Assembly (NCBI RefSeq): GCF_037042905.1 | Contig: NC_087247.1 | Span: 29,202,001 to 29,266,000, forward strand | Source of the DNA: Lytechinus pictus | Lineage: Eukaryota | Direction: 5' to 3' | DNA: 64,000 bases | Shown: positions 54,101 through 63,095 of the stretch, one piece after another | How the letters are laid out: every line of letters starts with the position of its first letter | Position numbering within the stretch: position 1 is the first letter of the stretch | The notes under the pieces: generated by a model | What the model saw: the letters and a program-made list of their open reading frames with translations, nothing else | What the model was told of the DNA's origin: nothing | The model's database searches: none | Program-made: the position numbers and the translations under genes

Positions 54101-57100
54101 TTTAATTTTGTACAACAGCCTATTGGAAAAAGTCGCCTCGATCGTCACCCCGCCTGCGAATAGCAGCGTAAAAATGGCAGATGACGTTGAGAACTCAACA
54201 ATATCCTTGACTTTCAAACCGTTATTAACATTGTGGAAGAAACATGAGCTATTCACGATGTGGTTTAATTTACTATTGTGATTTTAATTTAAGACTCCAG
54301 TAACGATCGATAACGTTGCCGACATCGCCGAATCTACCTCTGAGTTGACGTCAAGTAGCGAGTCATTGACGTCCGATGGAGTCGCTTCTGTATCAAGGTT
54401 GCTTGAAGACATTGCTGAAGCAAGATCACCAGAACCGGCGGTACGTGTTCCCAAACATGCATAGTGTTTATTTAGTTATTCATCTTTTTATTCATTTATT
54501 TTGGTTTTCTCTAGACTGTGTGGTCTCTTCAGTGCATATAAACTGTTTTTCCAGAGATCCCTGATATTTGTATTCGTTTTGAAAATAAATGGGTTCTGTC
54601 TAGGGTAATTTGCTGCAGATCGTTTGCTGTGGTACAGCTCCATGGGAATATTCATTTAAACGGCGCCAAGGAATGTGAAACAATAGGAGGAATGTCAAGA
54701 CGAAAGAAAGTACATTCTTTCTTCTAATCTGTGGTCTTATATGATCCCGTTGCATAACTGAATAAGTTCATTTTTCAATGACAAATGCCCATCTTGAGAA
54801 TTGCTTGACACTATACCACTTTTTGGGAATCGCAGATCAGACTTTATTTGCCAATTACGAGAGATATTTCTGAAATGCTGATGAATATAGTCATTCAAAC
54901 TTTCAATATCCCCAGTATACTTTTTCCAACTCTTTGTTTTATATGATCATAATGTACCTTTTTTTTTTCATATCATTGATTGGTGATATATGTCAAATGT
55001 TGTATGTAATTCAATTATTACATCAAATTAAAGATGCGTTTCTTTTCCAATAAATTTGCTCACTTTCATTTCTTATCGTTTCTTTCCACCGTCCTATATT
55101 TCAACAGGTATGTGGTTTTGTGATAGAAACAGTGCAGAATATTTTGAGCGCTTCACCAGACGAGCTTGCCGGTGCCCAGACTGAGAGCGGAGCGACCAGT
55201 CGTGCTGTAGCCTCCCTAGAGGAACAGCTCTTCATTGTAGATATCTCCGCTTCAAATGGTACATACAGGAGAGTCGAAGAAAATTTAGCTGTTGAGGTAA
55301 TCGTCACCAATATTGTACCCATTTATGAATGAAAAATGTATTGTAAAGAAATTCATAGATGCAAGTAAAAAAAAAAACATCTTTTCAATTCACGAGAGAA
55401 AATTTGTAGTTTCTAAATGCTTGATTTATGGGGAGCGTTTCATGAAAGGATCTGCCGGATATTTTATGCCATCAGGGGGGCGTTTCATCAATATTTTCGT
55501 CCGACAAGTTGTCAGATCTGACAACTTTCCTGGATTCTGATTGGTTGAGAAGCACTGTTACTATAGTAACTGTCGGATAAAATAGGACTTGTCGGATAAA
55601 ACGTCCGAAAAGTCCTTTCATGAAACGCTCCCCAGGTCCTGTTATATCCGACAGTAACCATAGTATGAGTGCTTCTCAGCCAATCATATTCTAGGTAAGT
55701 TGTCCGATCTAACAACATGTCAGACGACAAGTGTTGATGAAATGCTCCCCTGCCCTGTATAAATTTTACCTCTCCCTTTCCGTAAAAAAAATCTTCAAGT
55801 ATTTTAATAATAAGATGTTGATTTATGTTTTACAAGAAATTTTTTTTTCTTGTATTTCATAGTTTATTAATTTTCATATTTGATCTCAAAAGGTGGTTGA
55901 ACTGTCTCCCGAAATACTTCGATCTGGCCTATCCGCCTCCCTTACTGTCAGCGGGGGATCTGACAAAATAGCCGCAGACGACTTCAAACTTCTCGTCGGA
56001 GAAGAAACCGATGTCGATGACGAGCCCGATGCGCTCATCGATCTCCCATCCGAAATAGGCGACGTCATCTCTGCCGGTGACAATGTAAGGTGTTCGTTTA
56101 CCACATTCGCTGATCCCGCGTTGTTCCAATCGCCGAGTCTGGCCGTGAATGAGAATAGTACGGGTCCATATAGGACTGCGAACTCACCGGTTATCTCAGC
56201 AACTGTTGGCGGATCAGTCATTAACGGTTTAACTGAACCGGTTGTTGTCTCGTTCAAACCGCTCAACCCGGTAAGGGAGTTTGTTTGTTTTTTAGTTTAG
56301 TTTACTTCCGCCAATTGTATACATTTTCTTAATGTGATATCATTTTTTTAATGAAGTAAATAAATGAATCAAAGAATTTTTGAAAATAACATTACAAGTG
56401 TTTTCCATATTGCTATTTAATAATTGTTACATGTAGGAGCGTAATTCAATCAATGTAAAGACATAAATACATCACTTGTCAGGAAAGTCCATAGAATTTG
56501 TAGTTTGAAAATGGATATTACATTAACTTTACTCAGCTGAGAGATAAGCGTGTCTCTAAACAACATAATTCAAATATTTATATCCTTATACCCAGTATAA
56601 ACAAGTATAGCTTGTCAAAAAATTCTAGAAAAATGTTCTTGATATTTTGTGCCATAAGTTGAAGAGAGATCAATGAATACGCTGTATTTTGACCAATCCC
56701 GATGCTTCTCTTTTATGATACTAGAACGCTACCAATGCAACCTGTGTATTCTGGGATTTTGAAGCGAATAACGGGACTGGTGATTGGTCAACAGAAGGCT
56801 GCCGTCTGAGCAATACAAGCACTGATTCTAGACCAGTATGCCAATGCGACCATCTTACTAACTTTGCCGTCCTTATGGTAAGTATGGTGATAATTATCTT
56901 TAAACTGGTAGAATATACATGTCATTCAAAATGTATATAGTAGCTAGCCCAATGATCTTAATACAGGAACAGAGTATTATGCCTAATAATTCATTCATAC
57001 CTTTTCTAAAATCTATTTGTGTTAGGATGTATGAGCTCTACATGGAAGATGTGTTTTGTTATTGAAAGTAACATGTAATATAAAGGTTGTTATGTTTTTG

Positions 57101-60100
57101 CCTAATTTATTGTTTATCTATTTGGTGATTGTCGGTTTGTTTCGTTTTTATTTCTTTTATTTTTGTTTTACATTCTGTATTCTTTGTTTATATTCTTGTT
57201 CAGAATCTTATTGATGCATAAAATTCTGATAAAAAGCATGATAGATTATGGATAATGACTATTGCATAAATTATTTATTTTGGAATCACAATATCTCATC
57301 TTCATGTGCCCGACAATATTTCTTAATAATTCCCTATTTTCAATTCTATCCCAATTTCCGCTCTTCTTCTTACACTCTTTCCATACTCTTTCTATTTCTG
57401 CCTATCTCATTTTATGTTTCTTTCAATCTGTTAGGATATTTACGGTGGGTCTACATTGTCTGACAGAGAGGATTTCATATTGGAGATTCTCAGCTATGTT
57501 GGCTGCTCTATGTCTGTTTTTGGACTCGTCATCACCATGATAACGTACCTGAGTAATAGGTCAGTTGATTTGATTCTCATATAAAATAATATACATCATC
57601 GAGGGCATTAGTTGGAATTATACACACGCGGCACATTACCGGTCAATAGAAGTAGACATTAGTACAAGTCATAAGCAAAATTTTGCCTGGTATTACAGTA
57701 GTTATATTAAATGACTGGTGTTTTGATACATTTCAGCCAATTATTTTAATTAGGTTCTAAATCCCCATTTCATTAATGCCTTTCATTCCTTTCTTTATTC
57801 AACGTCATACCCTTTGTAATTTCTAGGAAAACATCGAAAGATCAGAAAGGCAAAACATGCTGATATCTTTTATTTCATCGCACTCTTCTAAAGTTTCAAC
57901 CAAGAGTATTTTTTGTTATTGGTGTTGTTCATCACGTATTATTCATCCGTCTTCTCTGATGAGCCCACCGCATGAAAAGCATGCCCTGTTTTATACAATT
58001 CTTCATATTTAGAGTTTCAGATCATATATTATAATTTATATTCGTAATAATTGATATTCATTAATAATATTGCTGATTTTCTATAGATGCAAATGGATCT
58101 TGACGTTCTGTTTTTTTCCATCATGTTCCATATTATTATCTTAGAAAATTCCGCATGAAGAATCCCAACCAGATCCTGCTGTGTCTCTGTTTCTCCTTGC
58201 TCGGTCTGTATGTCACGTTCTTGACCATGATCGCTCTCGACGCCGAACGAGGCGTGGTCGAAGTCAGTGTCATTCCTTGTAGCATAGTGGCAGGGTTATT
58301 ACATTTCTTCACACTCTCTTCGCTTGCCTGGATGTGCGTCGAGGGATTCAACATGTACCTTATGTTCGTGCGGGTCGTGGATAGTTACGTTTCAAATTTC
58401 ATCCTCAAGGCATCGTTTTGTGCGTGGGGTAAGTAGAAGGATCTAACCCCCCCCCTTAATTTTTCGAAATTTTGAATTTTTGGGGGCCATTAGCAATGTG
58501 ATGATACATAAATGAACTTTACCTTGTGTGAAAAGACCAACTTGCCTCTTTCAAAGTTAGCCCATTGGAGGTAGATTACTTTGCACGTGATTTTTTTTCC
58601 ACCAAATTCCTGATTGACATGAACCAATTAACCAGCATTGTGACATTGATGCTCATAATACTGTTTTTTTTTTTTTCAGGTCTACCTGCCGTGGTGGTGT
58701 TTATTACAGCAGGGGTCACAAGGGATACATACGCACAGACAGACTTGTAAGTCTTCATAAAATAGATGATGATGATTATGNNNNNNNNNNNNNNNNNNNN
58801 NNNNNNNNNNNNNNNNNNNNNNNNNNNNNNNNNNNNNNNNNNNNNNNNNNNNNNNNNNNNNNNNNNNNNNNNNNNNNNNNNNNNNNNNNNNNNNNNNNNN
58901 NNNNNNNNNNNNNNNNNNNNNNNNNNNNNNNNNNNNNNNNNNNNNNNNNNNNNNNTAATGACAATGAGAATAACAGTTATGATGAAGATGAAAAAGATGG
59001 TAGTGGCCAGTGGTAGTGATGATGGAGTTGGTGTTGGTGGCTTGAGTAATGATGGTTATGTCGGTGATGGTGGTCTTGTTGATGGTGGTAGTAGTGGTGG
59101 TGGTGGCGGTTGTGGTGACGATGGTGCATGGTTGAAGGTAATTTACTTAAAGCTAAATTACAGTAGTTGCAGTAAAACACTAATTTCGTGAGAAAGTCTG
59201 TAAAACCAAGGTTAAGTATGACTATATCATCGTGGATCTAGATCTGGTACAGTTACATAAACTGAACTTTGTGAAATCATAAAATCTAAGCTGAAATACG
59301 ATCGCACTGAAGATCGCCAACACAGATAGGCACACGTGGGACATTGTATTATTATTGCTGGAATAAAGACCCGACGGAAGTGACCGAATCCGCGCTTATT
59401 TTGCTTATTTTGCTTATTTCTCAGCAATTACACAATTTCTTCCAGAATCCTTTGGCACATATTTTTTATTCATACAAACAGACACTTGGGTGGTCATTAT
59501 ATTAGATTCTGTAAAAAGTCATTTTAAGATCGTTACCAGAACTGGAATTTACCTTTAACGGTGGTGCACTGGTAGTAATGATGGTATTGATGTTAATGCC
59601 GATAGTGGGTAAATGCGGTGATATCAATTATATATAGAATTTTTAAGGAAATCAGAATAATTTTATGGTAATTATCACAATGCTTGTGCTTGCTGCAATA
59701 TAAGCCTATCTACATTTGCTGTACATAGCTAACAGATTACATCAAACTTTCATCTGTGCATCTTCTTTTCGCAGTTGTTTTGTTAGTCTCTGGCCCCAGG
59801 TTGGTGGTCTTTTGATACCAATCGGTCTCATTCTCCTCTTCAACGTCGTCGTCTTCGCGCTGGTAATGAAACGACTCACCAAGACAGTCAGAGGTAAACA
59901 ACAGAACGAGAAGGCAGAGCGACGTCAACGAATACGACGATTCCAAAACGCCATAAGCATCCTCCTCCTCATGGGTAGGTGACGGGCATTTTAGAATCCG
60001 TCTCAATCATCATTCTCGTGAAACAGATTTTTTTGAGCGTATGAATATCTTTTTTTTTCCTACCCGGTGCATTACCTCATAAATCTGTTATGAAAGTACT

Positions 60101-60718
60101 TCTTTTCGTATTTATCTTCCTCTATTGTTGAGAAGTCTGTGCTTCATTTTGTCCCCCAGGACCTGTATTTTTTCTTTTTAGCTGACTTTTTAAATGTCTT
60201 CCGCACGTGGGACAACCATGTACACAGATGTTATAATTCGCTTTAACTTTGAACCGGTTGGCATGGAGTATTCAATGTTTCATTATACTGTTATATGGGG
60301 CAAGAACAATCATACGCAATTTCCTCGTTTTTTATTCTGTTGCACAGGACTAACATGGTCGGTGGGCTATCTGTCGTTGATCCAAGCAACCAGCGTGGTC
60401 GTCCAGGGAATCTTCACCGTGCTCAACTCCCTACAGGGTTATTTCATTTTCATGCTCTACTGCGTACGTCAACCTCAGGTTCGACGTCAGTGGCGAGCAC
60501 AATTCAGCTGCTGTCTGCCCGAGTCCCTGCGGGTCTCGCTCGATTCTTCGACGTCGCGGTTCTCGTCGACTGTGAACACGCGGACGACCACGACGTGGAA
60601 ACCAAACAACCAACCCTCCAAGAAAGGTGTGAATACGGTCTCCAAGTTCAATCCGAACTCGGTACCGACGTCGACGACGGAAAATCTAGGCAGTCGGATG
60701 TACAATGATAGGATCTAA
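27970..60718 (+). CDS. Adhesion GPCR (ADGRG/GPR126-like 7TM), Sushi-4xHYR-13xEGF-Ig-SEA-HormR-GAIN ectodomain; 31 spliced coding exons, ~1840 aa, 5' incomplete
   Basis: Exons (listed separately) have AG/GT boundaries with compatible phases and join into one ORF ending at TAA 60716-60718. GPS motif CVFW...W...GC...[13 protein letters not shown]. Family-B 7TM motifs LHFF..SSLAWM.VEG..MY, WGLP, LMGLTW, LNSLQG.FIF. Confidence 0.95.
29406..29639 (+). CDS. aGPCR exon: HYR (hyalin repeat) 1
   Basis: tccAG|...GAAG|GT, 234 bp; [19 protein letters not shown]...DNSG...IG...V.F.A.D..GNSAAC..FVTVE. Confidence 0.92.
30682..31287. mobile_element. hAT-like non-autonomous element with 8-bp TSD
   Basis: AATTAATC|TAGAGGCGGCG ... 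CGCCGCCCCTG|AGTTAATC; many internal GTGCCC(C/T) motifs. Confidence 0.75.
32108..32350 (+). CDS. aGPCR exon: HYR 2
   Basis: ctttcAG|...CGTG|GTaatg, 243 bp; DTEPPSLSC...VTW...DNSG...[31 protein letters not shown]. Confidence 0.95.
32977..33213 (+). CDS. aGPCR exon: HYR 3
   Basis: ctccAG|...TTAG|GTaatt, 237 bp; [20 protein letters not shown]...DNS...[27 protein letters not shown]. Confidence 0.93.
33661..33906 (+). CDS. aGPCR exon: HYR 4
   Basis: aaccAG|...CTTG|GTaagt, 246 bp; [13 protein letters not shown]...W.EPTATDNS...[34 protein letters not shown]. Confidence 0.95.
35382..35504 (+). CDS. aGPCR exon: Ca-binding EGF 1
   Basis: 123 bp, phase 1-1; [41 protein letters not shown]. Confidence 0.93.
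   Translation: MLTSVRLCLISAMGMPNVPILQGATRASVMLVIAVTGSPA
35515..35830. mobile_element. Palindromic MITE, same family as 16621-16926
   Basis: Shares CAAGAACA...AAATGTATTGAAAATG...GTCAAATGACAA and the matching inverted arm. Confidence 0.6.
35993..36213. mobile_element. MITE with GG termini, 8-bp TSD and CCCTAA-like core; decayed relatives at ~11340-11520 and ~48220-48340
   Basis: GCCTAATT|GGTTCCATGACATTTGCTCC ... GGAGCAAATTTCTTGTCACC|TCCTAATT. Confidence 0.65.
36582..36704 (+). CDS. aGPCR exon: Ca-binding EGF 2
   Basis: 123 bp; [41 protein letters not shown]. Confidence 0.94.
37464..37586 (+). CDS. aGPCR exon: Ca-binding EGF 3 (last 3 bp and donor fall in an N-gap)
   Basis: [40 protein letters not shown]; the end is inferred from paralogous exon 39199-39321. 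Confidence 0.88.
37805..37986. repeat. (ATTG)n microsatellite
   Basis: Direct inspection. Confidence 0.9.
38335..38457 (+). CDS. aGPCR exon: Ca-binding EGF 4
   Basis: 123 bp; [40 protein letters not shown]. Confidence 0.93.
39199..39321 (+). CDS. aGPCR exon: Ca-binding EGF 5 (near-copy of EGF 3)
   Basis: 123 bp, donor GTaagt; [41 protein letters not shown]. Confidence 0.92.
39641..39763 (+). CDS. aGPCR exon: Ca-binding EGF 6 (near-copy of EGF 4)
   Basis: 123 bp; [40 protein letters not shown]. Confidence 0.92.
40752..40874 (+). CDS. aGPCR exon: Ca-binding EGF 7
   Basis: 123 bp; [41 protein letters not shown]. Confidence 0.93.
41235..41780. mobile_element. Young GC-rich non-autonomous DNA transposon with a perfect 8-bp TSD
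   Basis: GCTTACTT|CCCGGGGGGGGCACTC ... GAGTGCCCCCCCCCCCCCGGG|GCTTACTT; internal CCG(T/C)TCC(A/G)AG motifs. Confidence 0.88.
41882..42004 (+). CDS. aGPCR exon: Ca-binding EGF 8
   Basis: 123 bp; [41 protein letters not shown]. Confidence 0.94.
42047..42111. repeat. (TA)n microsatellite
   Basis: Direct inspection. Confidence 0.95.
42424..42546 (+). CDS. aGPCR exon: Ca-binding EGF 9
   Basis: 123 bp; [41 protein letters not shown]. Confidence 0.94.
43033..43155 (+). CDS. aGPCR exon: Ca-binding EGF 10
   Basis: 123 bp; [41 protein letters not shown]. Confidence 0.94.
44027..44293 (+). CDS. aGPCR exon: EGF 11 plus Ca-binding EGF 12 (two domains in one exon)
   Basis: 267 bp, phase 1-1; [89 protein letters not shown]. 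Confidence 0.92.
47024..47152 (+). CDS. aGPCR exon: Notch-type EGF 13
   Basis: 129 bp; [43 protein letters not shown]. Confidence 0.92.
47590..47762 (-). mobile_element. tRNA-derived SINE
   Basis: Minus strand: A-box TGGTCTGGTGG and B-box GGTTCGAATC, followed by SINE body; left boundary approximate. Confidence 0.7.
47856..48110 (+). CDS. aGPCR exon: Ig-like domain
   Basis: 255 bp; [17 protein letters not shown]...FTWKK...[16 protein letters not shown] (Ig C-W-DxGxYxC signature). Confidence 0.93.
48732..48841 (+). CDS. aGPCR exon: SEA domain, N-half (phase 1-0)
   Basis: [37 protein letters not shown] (SEA-type Y...L.DPNS..F); donor GTgagt. Confidence 0.88.
49161..49383 (+). CDS. aGPCR exon: SEA domain, C-half with G|SVI motif (phase 0-1)
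   Basis: VNIGLQ...[17 protein letters not shown]...[11 protein letters not shown]. Confidence 0.9.
49570..52860. repeat. Intronic minisatellite of mixed 32- and 36-bp units, roughly 95 copies
   Basis: Consensus GACAACCAATAGGGTGACGAAATGATTTCA(TGAA)AA. Confidence 0.95.
53022..53135 (+). CDS. aGPCR exon: HormR-like domain, N-half
   Basis: 114 bp; [38 protein letters not shown]; phases fit both neighbours. Confidence 0.82.
53612..53733 (+). CDS. aGPCR exon: HormR-like domain, C-half
   Basis: [26 protein letters not shown] (R..C...W...C pattern) then [12 protein letters not shown]; phase 1-0. Confidence 0.85.
54294..54440 (+). CDS. aGPCR exon: GAIN subdomain A
   Basis: 147 bp, phase 0-0; [49 protein letters not shown]. 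Confidence 0.87.
55108..55296 (+). CDS. aGPCR exon: GAIN domain
   Basis: 189 bp; [41 protein letters not shown]...EENLAVE. Confidence 0.9.
55431..55749. mobile_element. Nested pair of same-family MITEs (inner copy 55476-55632, CAG TSD)
   Basis: GGG(A/G)GCGTTTCAT termini occur four times; the inner copy is flanked by CAG/CAG and is inverted relative to the outer. Confidence 0.75.
55893..56270 (+). CDS. aGPCR exon: GAIN subdomain B
   Basis: 378 bp; ...ALIDLPSEI...[10 protein letters not shown]...[23 protein letters not shown]. Confidence 0.93.
56725..56877 (+). CDS. aGPCR exon: GPS motif with HL|T autoproteolysis site and Stachel
   Basis: [51 protein letters not shown]; scissile bond between codons 56854-56856 and 56857-56859. 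Confidence 0.97.
57435..57559 (+). CDS. aGPCR exon: TM1
   Basis: DIYGG...[26 protein letters not shown]; phase 0-2. Confidence 0.94.
58145..58428 (+). CDS. aGPCR exon: TM2, TM3 and start of TM4
   Basis: [19 protein letters not shown]...[33 protein letters not shown]...FCAW; phase 2-1. Confidence 0.96.
58680..58746 (+). CDS. aGPCR exon: end of TM4 and ECL2
   Basis: [22 protein letters not shown]; phase 1-2. Confidence 0.93.
59151..59554. mobile_element. Kolobok-like MITE
   Basis: TTAA|AGCTAAATTACAGT ... ACTGGAATTTACCT|TTAA. Confidence 0.7.
59775..59974 (+). CDS. aGPCR exon: TM5, ICL3 and start of TM6
   Basis: [35 protein letters not shown]...[13 protein letters not shown]; phase 2-1. Confidence 0.95.
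60348..60718 (+). CDS. aGPCR last coding exon: TM6-TM7, helix 8, C-tail
   Basis: GLTWSVGYL...[28 protein letters not shown]...SCCLP...MYNDRI*. Confidence 0.95.
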
Positions 60719-61047
60719 CCTCGATATAATACGCAGTCGAGCGATAAATGCGCAGTATTTTAAGAATGTGCTTTTGGATGACGAAATTACATATAATGCA
60801 TTACACGCGATTACCAACAAATCTGACAATCAAGAAATGAATGTTTGTTATCATTTGATTATTTGATCATCCAAATGGATGGTATATCTTACAAAGCTCA
60901 ATATTCATGCTAAAATGTATTTACCATAATAATCTAAGGCTATTATAAAAAAGTGAAGTGATTATTGTGCATATTGCGTGGGAGAATTATTTCAACAAAA
61001 TGCATCGAAATAGGCATATCTACTTAACAAAAGTCAATCATTAAAAA

Positions 61048-61053
61048 AATAAA
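61048..61053 (+). promoter_or_regulatory. Candidate polyadenylation signal of the aGPCR (further AATAAA at 62023 and 62044)
   Basis: AATAAA ~330 bp after the stop, followed by T-rich sequence; weak evidence in an AT-rich context. Confidence 0.35.
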
Positions 61054-61967
61054 TTTTAACCAAAAGATATGTTCTTTTGCTCTCTCTCTCTCTCTTAAAA
61101 ATAATTTAATTTCTTTCCTTACGCAATATGTTTGTTTGAAAAAATAAGACGTATGTTATTTACCTGAGCTCTTTCGAAACCACACAAGGGCAGTGAGTAG
61201 GTTAAAATGTTTTATTATTTTTCATAAACTTATCACATTTTTTTGTGAATCATTTTTCCTTCCAGCTGTATGAAATTATAATTGTTTTGAGGATTTAATA
61301 ATTTACCTATTGGTATAATAAAAATTCCTAAAAGATTAGGTGAAAATGCCAACACTATGAAAGGGTAATTTTAAGTTCAATGCTGATGTTGGTTTTTGTG
61401 TTGAAAGCACAAACCTGATTAGAGTTACAAACATTTATTTGATAGCTCAACAACTAGAATTTTCCCACCACCAGTTGCGTGTTGTTGTTGTGTTGATGTA
61501 AAAATCGGTCCAACACCAACACTAAAAGGTCTAAAAAGGATATGAAATCATCCAAGTGTCAACATCAGTTACAGTAGTGCCTAATTGTTCTTCCTCTATG
61601 ATGATCTCCTACTACATACTAAAGGCTAAGGAAGGGGAAAAACGCGATAACACGAAACAGAATAGGTTCGAGATGAAAGCACATTGTGTTTAGAACCAAG
61701 TCTGTATACCTGAGAGAAAAAAAGAAAACCGTGTCTTTACTGCCCAACTCAATCATGTGATATTTTCGCTTTGATTAAGATCTGGAACGGAGCATTGTTT
61801 TGGCAGAACGTTTTACAGTATTTTTTTAGTATTCATGATCGAAATCTGTTCCTGGCGATTTTTAGCTTGCGAGGCAGATAAGCAATGTTGTATAGAGTGG
61901 ATTCTCCATTAATCTACATTCATAAGAATATTAACATAGGTATCTTGTTGCTATCTTGTTGGTATCA

Positions 61968-62010
61968 AGTTCTAGGAAATCAACACAGTCTGTGTTGATT
62001 TCCTAGAACT
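61968..62010. repeat. Perfect inverted repeat, 21-bp arms, 1-nt spacer
   Basis: AGTTCTAGGAAATCAACACAG-T-CTGTGTTGATTTCCTAGAACT. Confidence 0.95.
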
Positions 62011-62494
62011 ACACAGATTTGAAATAAACATACGTAGATAGGAAATAAAAACGTAGCTTTGAATATTCTAGTTCACTAGAATCTTATTAGGTTACTTTAA
62101 AATTAAGTTTTGTTTTCAACTGATGAATTTCTCAATGAAACAATTAAAATGATTCAATTTCTCAGCATTATATAGCCCGAGTTCGGTGTACAATCATTTT
62201 TTATTGATATATCAAATATATCTTATAATAACATCTCAAATCTGTATCATAAAAACATTATTTTTAAAGATTTATCTCTATGAAATAGTTTTGAATAAAA
62301 AATTATTTCTAAATTTAGTAAATTTATTAGGATGAGTGTTGTCATTATTTAAAATGAATATATTTTCAATAATGTATATTTTTGAGAATGTTAATCACAT
62401 GACCTTTATTATTTGAGGATGTAGCTGGTACTCTTCCTCGTAGTATTAGTATTTAAATTAAGTGTTTAATGATTGAAATCAAAGTATTTATTAG

Positions 62495-63095
62495 AGAGGT
62501 ACTGCAGGCTGAAAATAGTATGATTTTAACAGATAAACAGACTAAATCCAACAAACAAGACATTCAAAATAAAATCGGACAAGGAATAACAAAGTTATGA
62601 CATTGTAAAGTTTTGCAATATATCGGTGAAACGGTTCTATGCATGTCTCATGAATATTCAATGAGCAAGCTGATGATGGCATATCCCATCTTATTCTTTC
62701 GTAACGTTTTATATGAAGTTATATTTATTATTCAAATTTTGTCCTCCAAGATTAAAAAAAAATGATTTGACTATTGACTGACTGTATAAGGTAATCACTG
62801 CGGCAACCTATTTTTTGTTAAAAGGGAGACATTACCATAAACACATGTATGAAAATAATATTATGAAATAATTATGATTTCATGTAATAAATTAAGGAAA
62901 CGGGAAATTAGGGATGTGACATCATCAGCCAACCTATTACATAATCATGACGGCGTGCATATCACTTTGTCACAAAATATTGCTAAACTTAAAATTGCAA
63001 AAACTTCGCTATTTGTTATCAAATTTTGATGAAAATTTCAGTTGTTTGCTCAATGAATTTTGATCTATTAAGATAATTATTTTCATCCCGGAGCC
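62495..63095. mobile_element. Decayed Kolobok-like MITE related to 6693-7312
   Basis: Shared subterminal motifs AAATCGGA...AAAGTTATGACATT and GATGAAAATTTCAG; termini eroded. Confidence 0.45.

Noticed and set aside
55886-56266. Antisense ORFs over GAIN and 7TM exons
   Set aside because: Shadows of the + strand coding sequence
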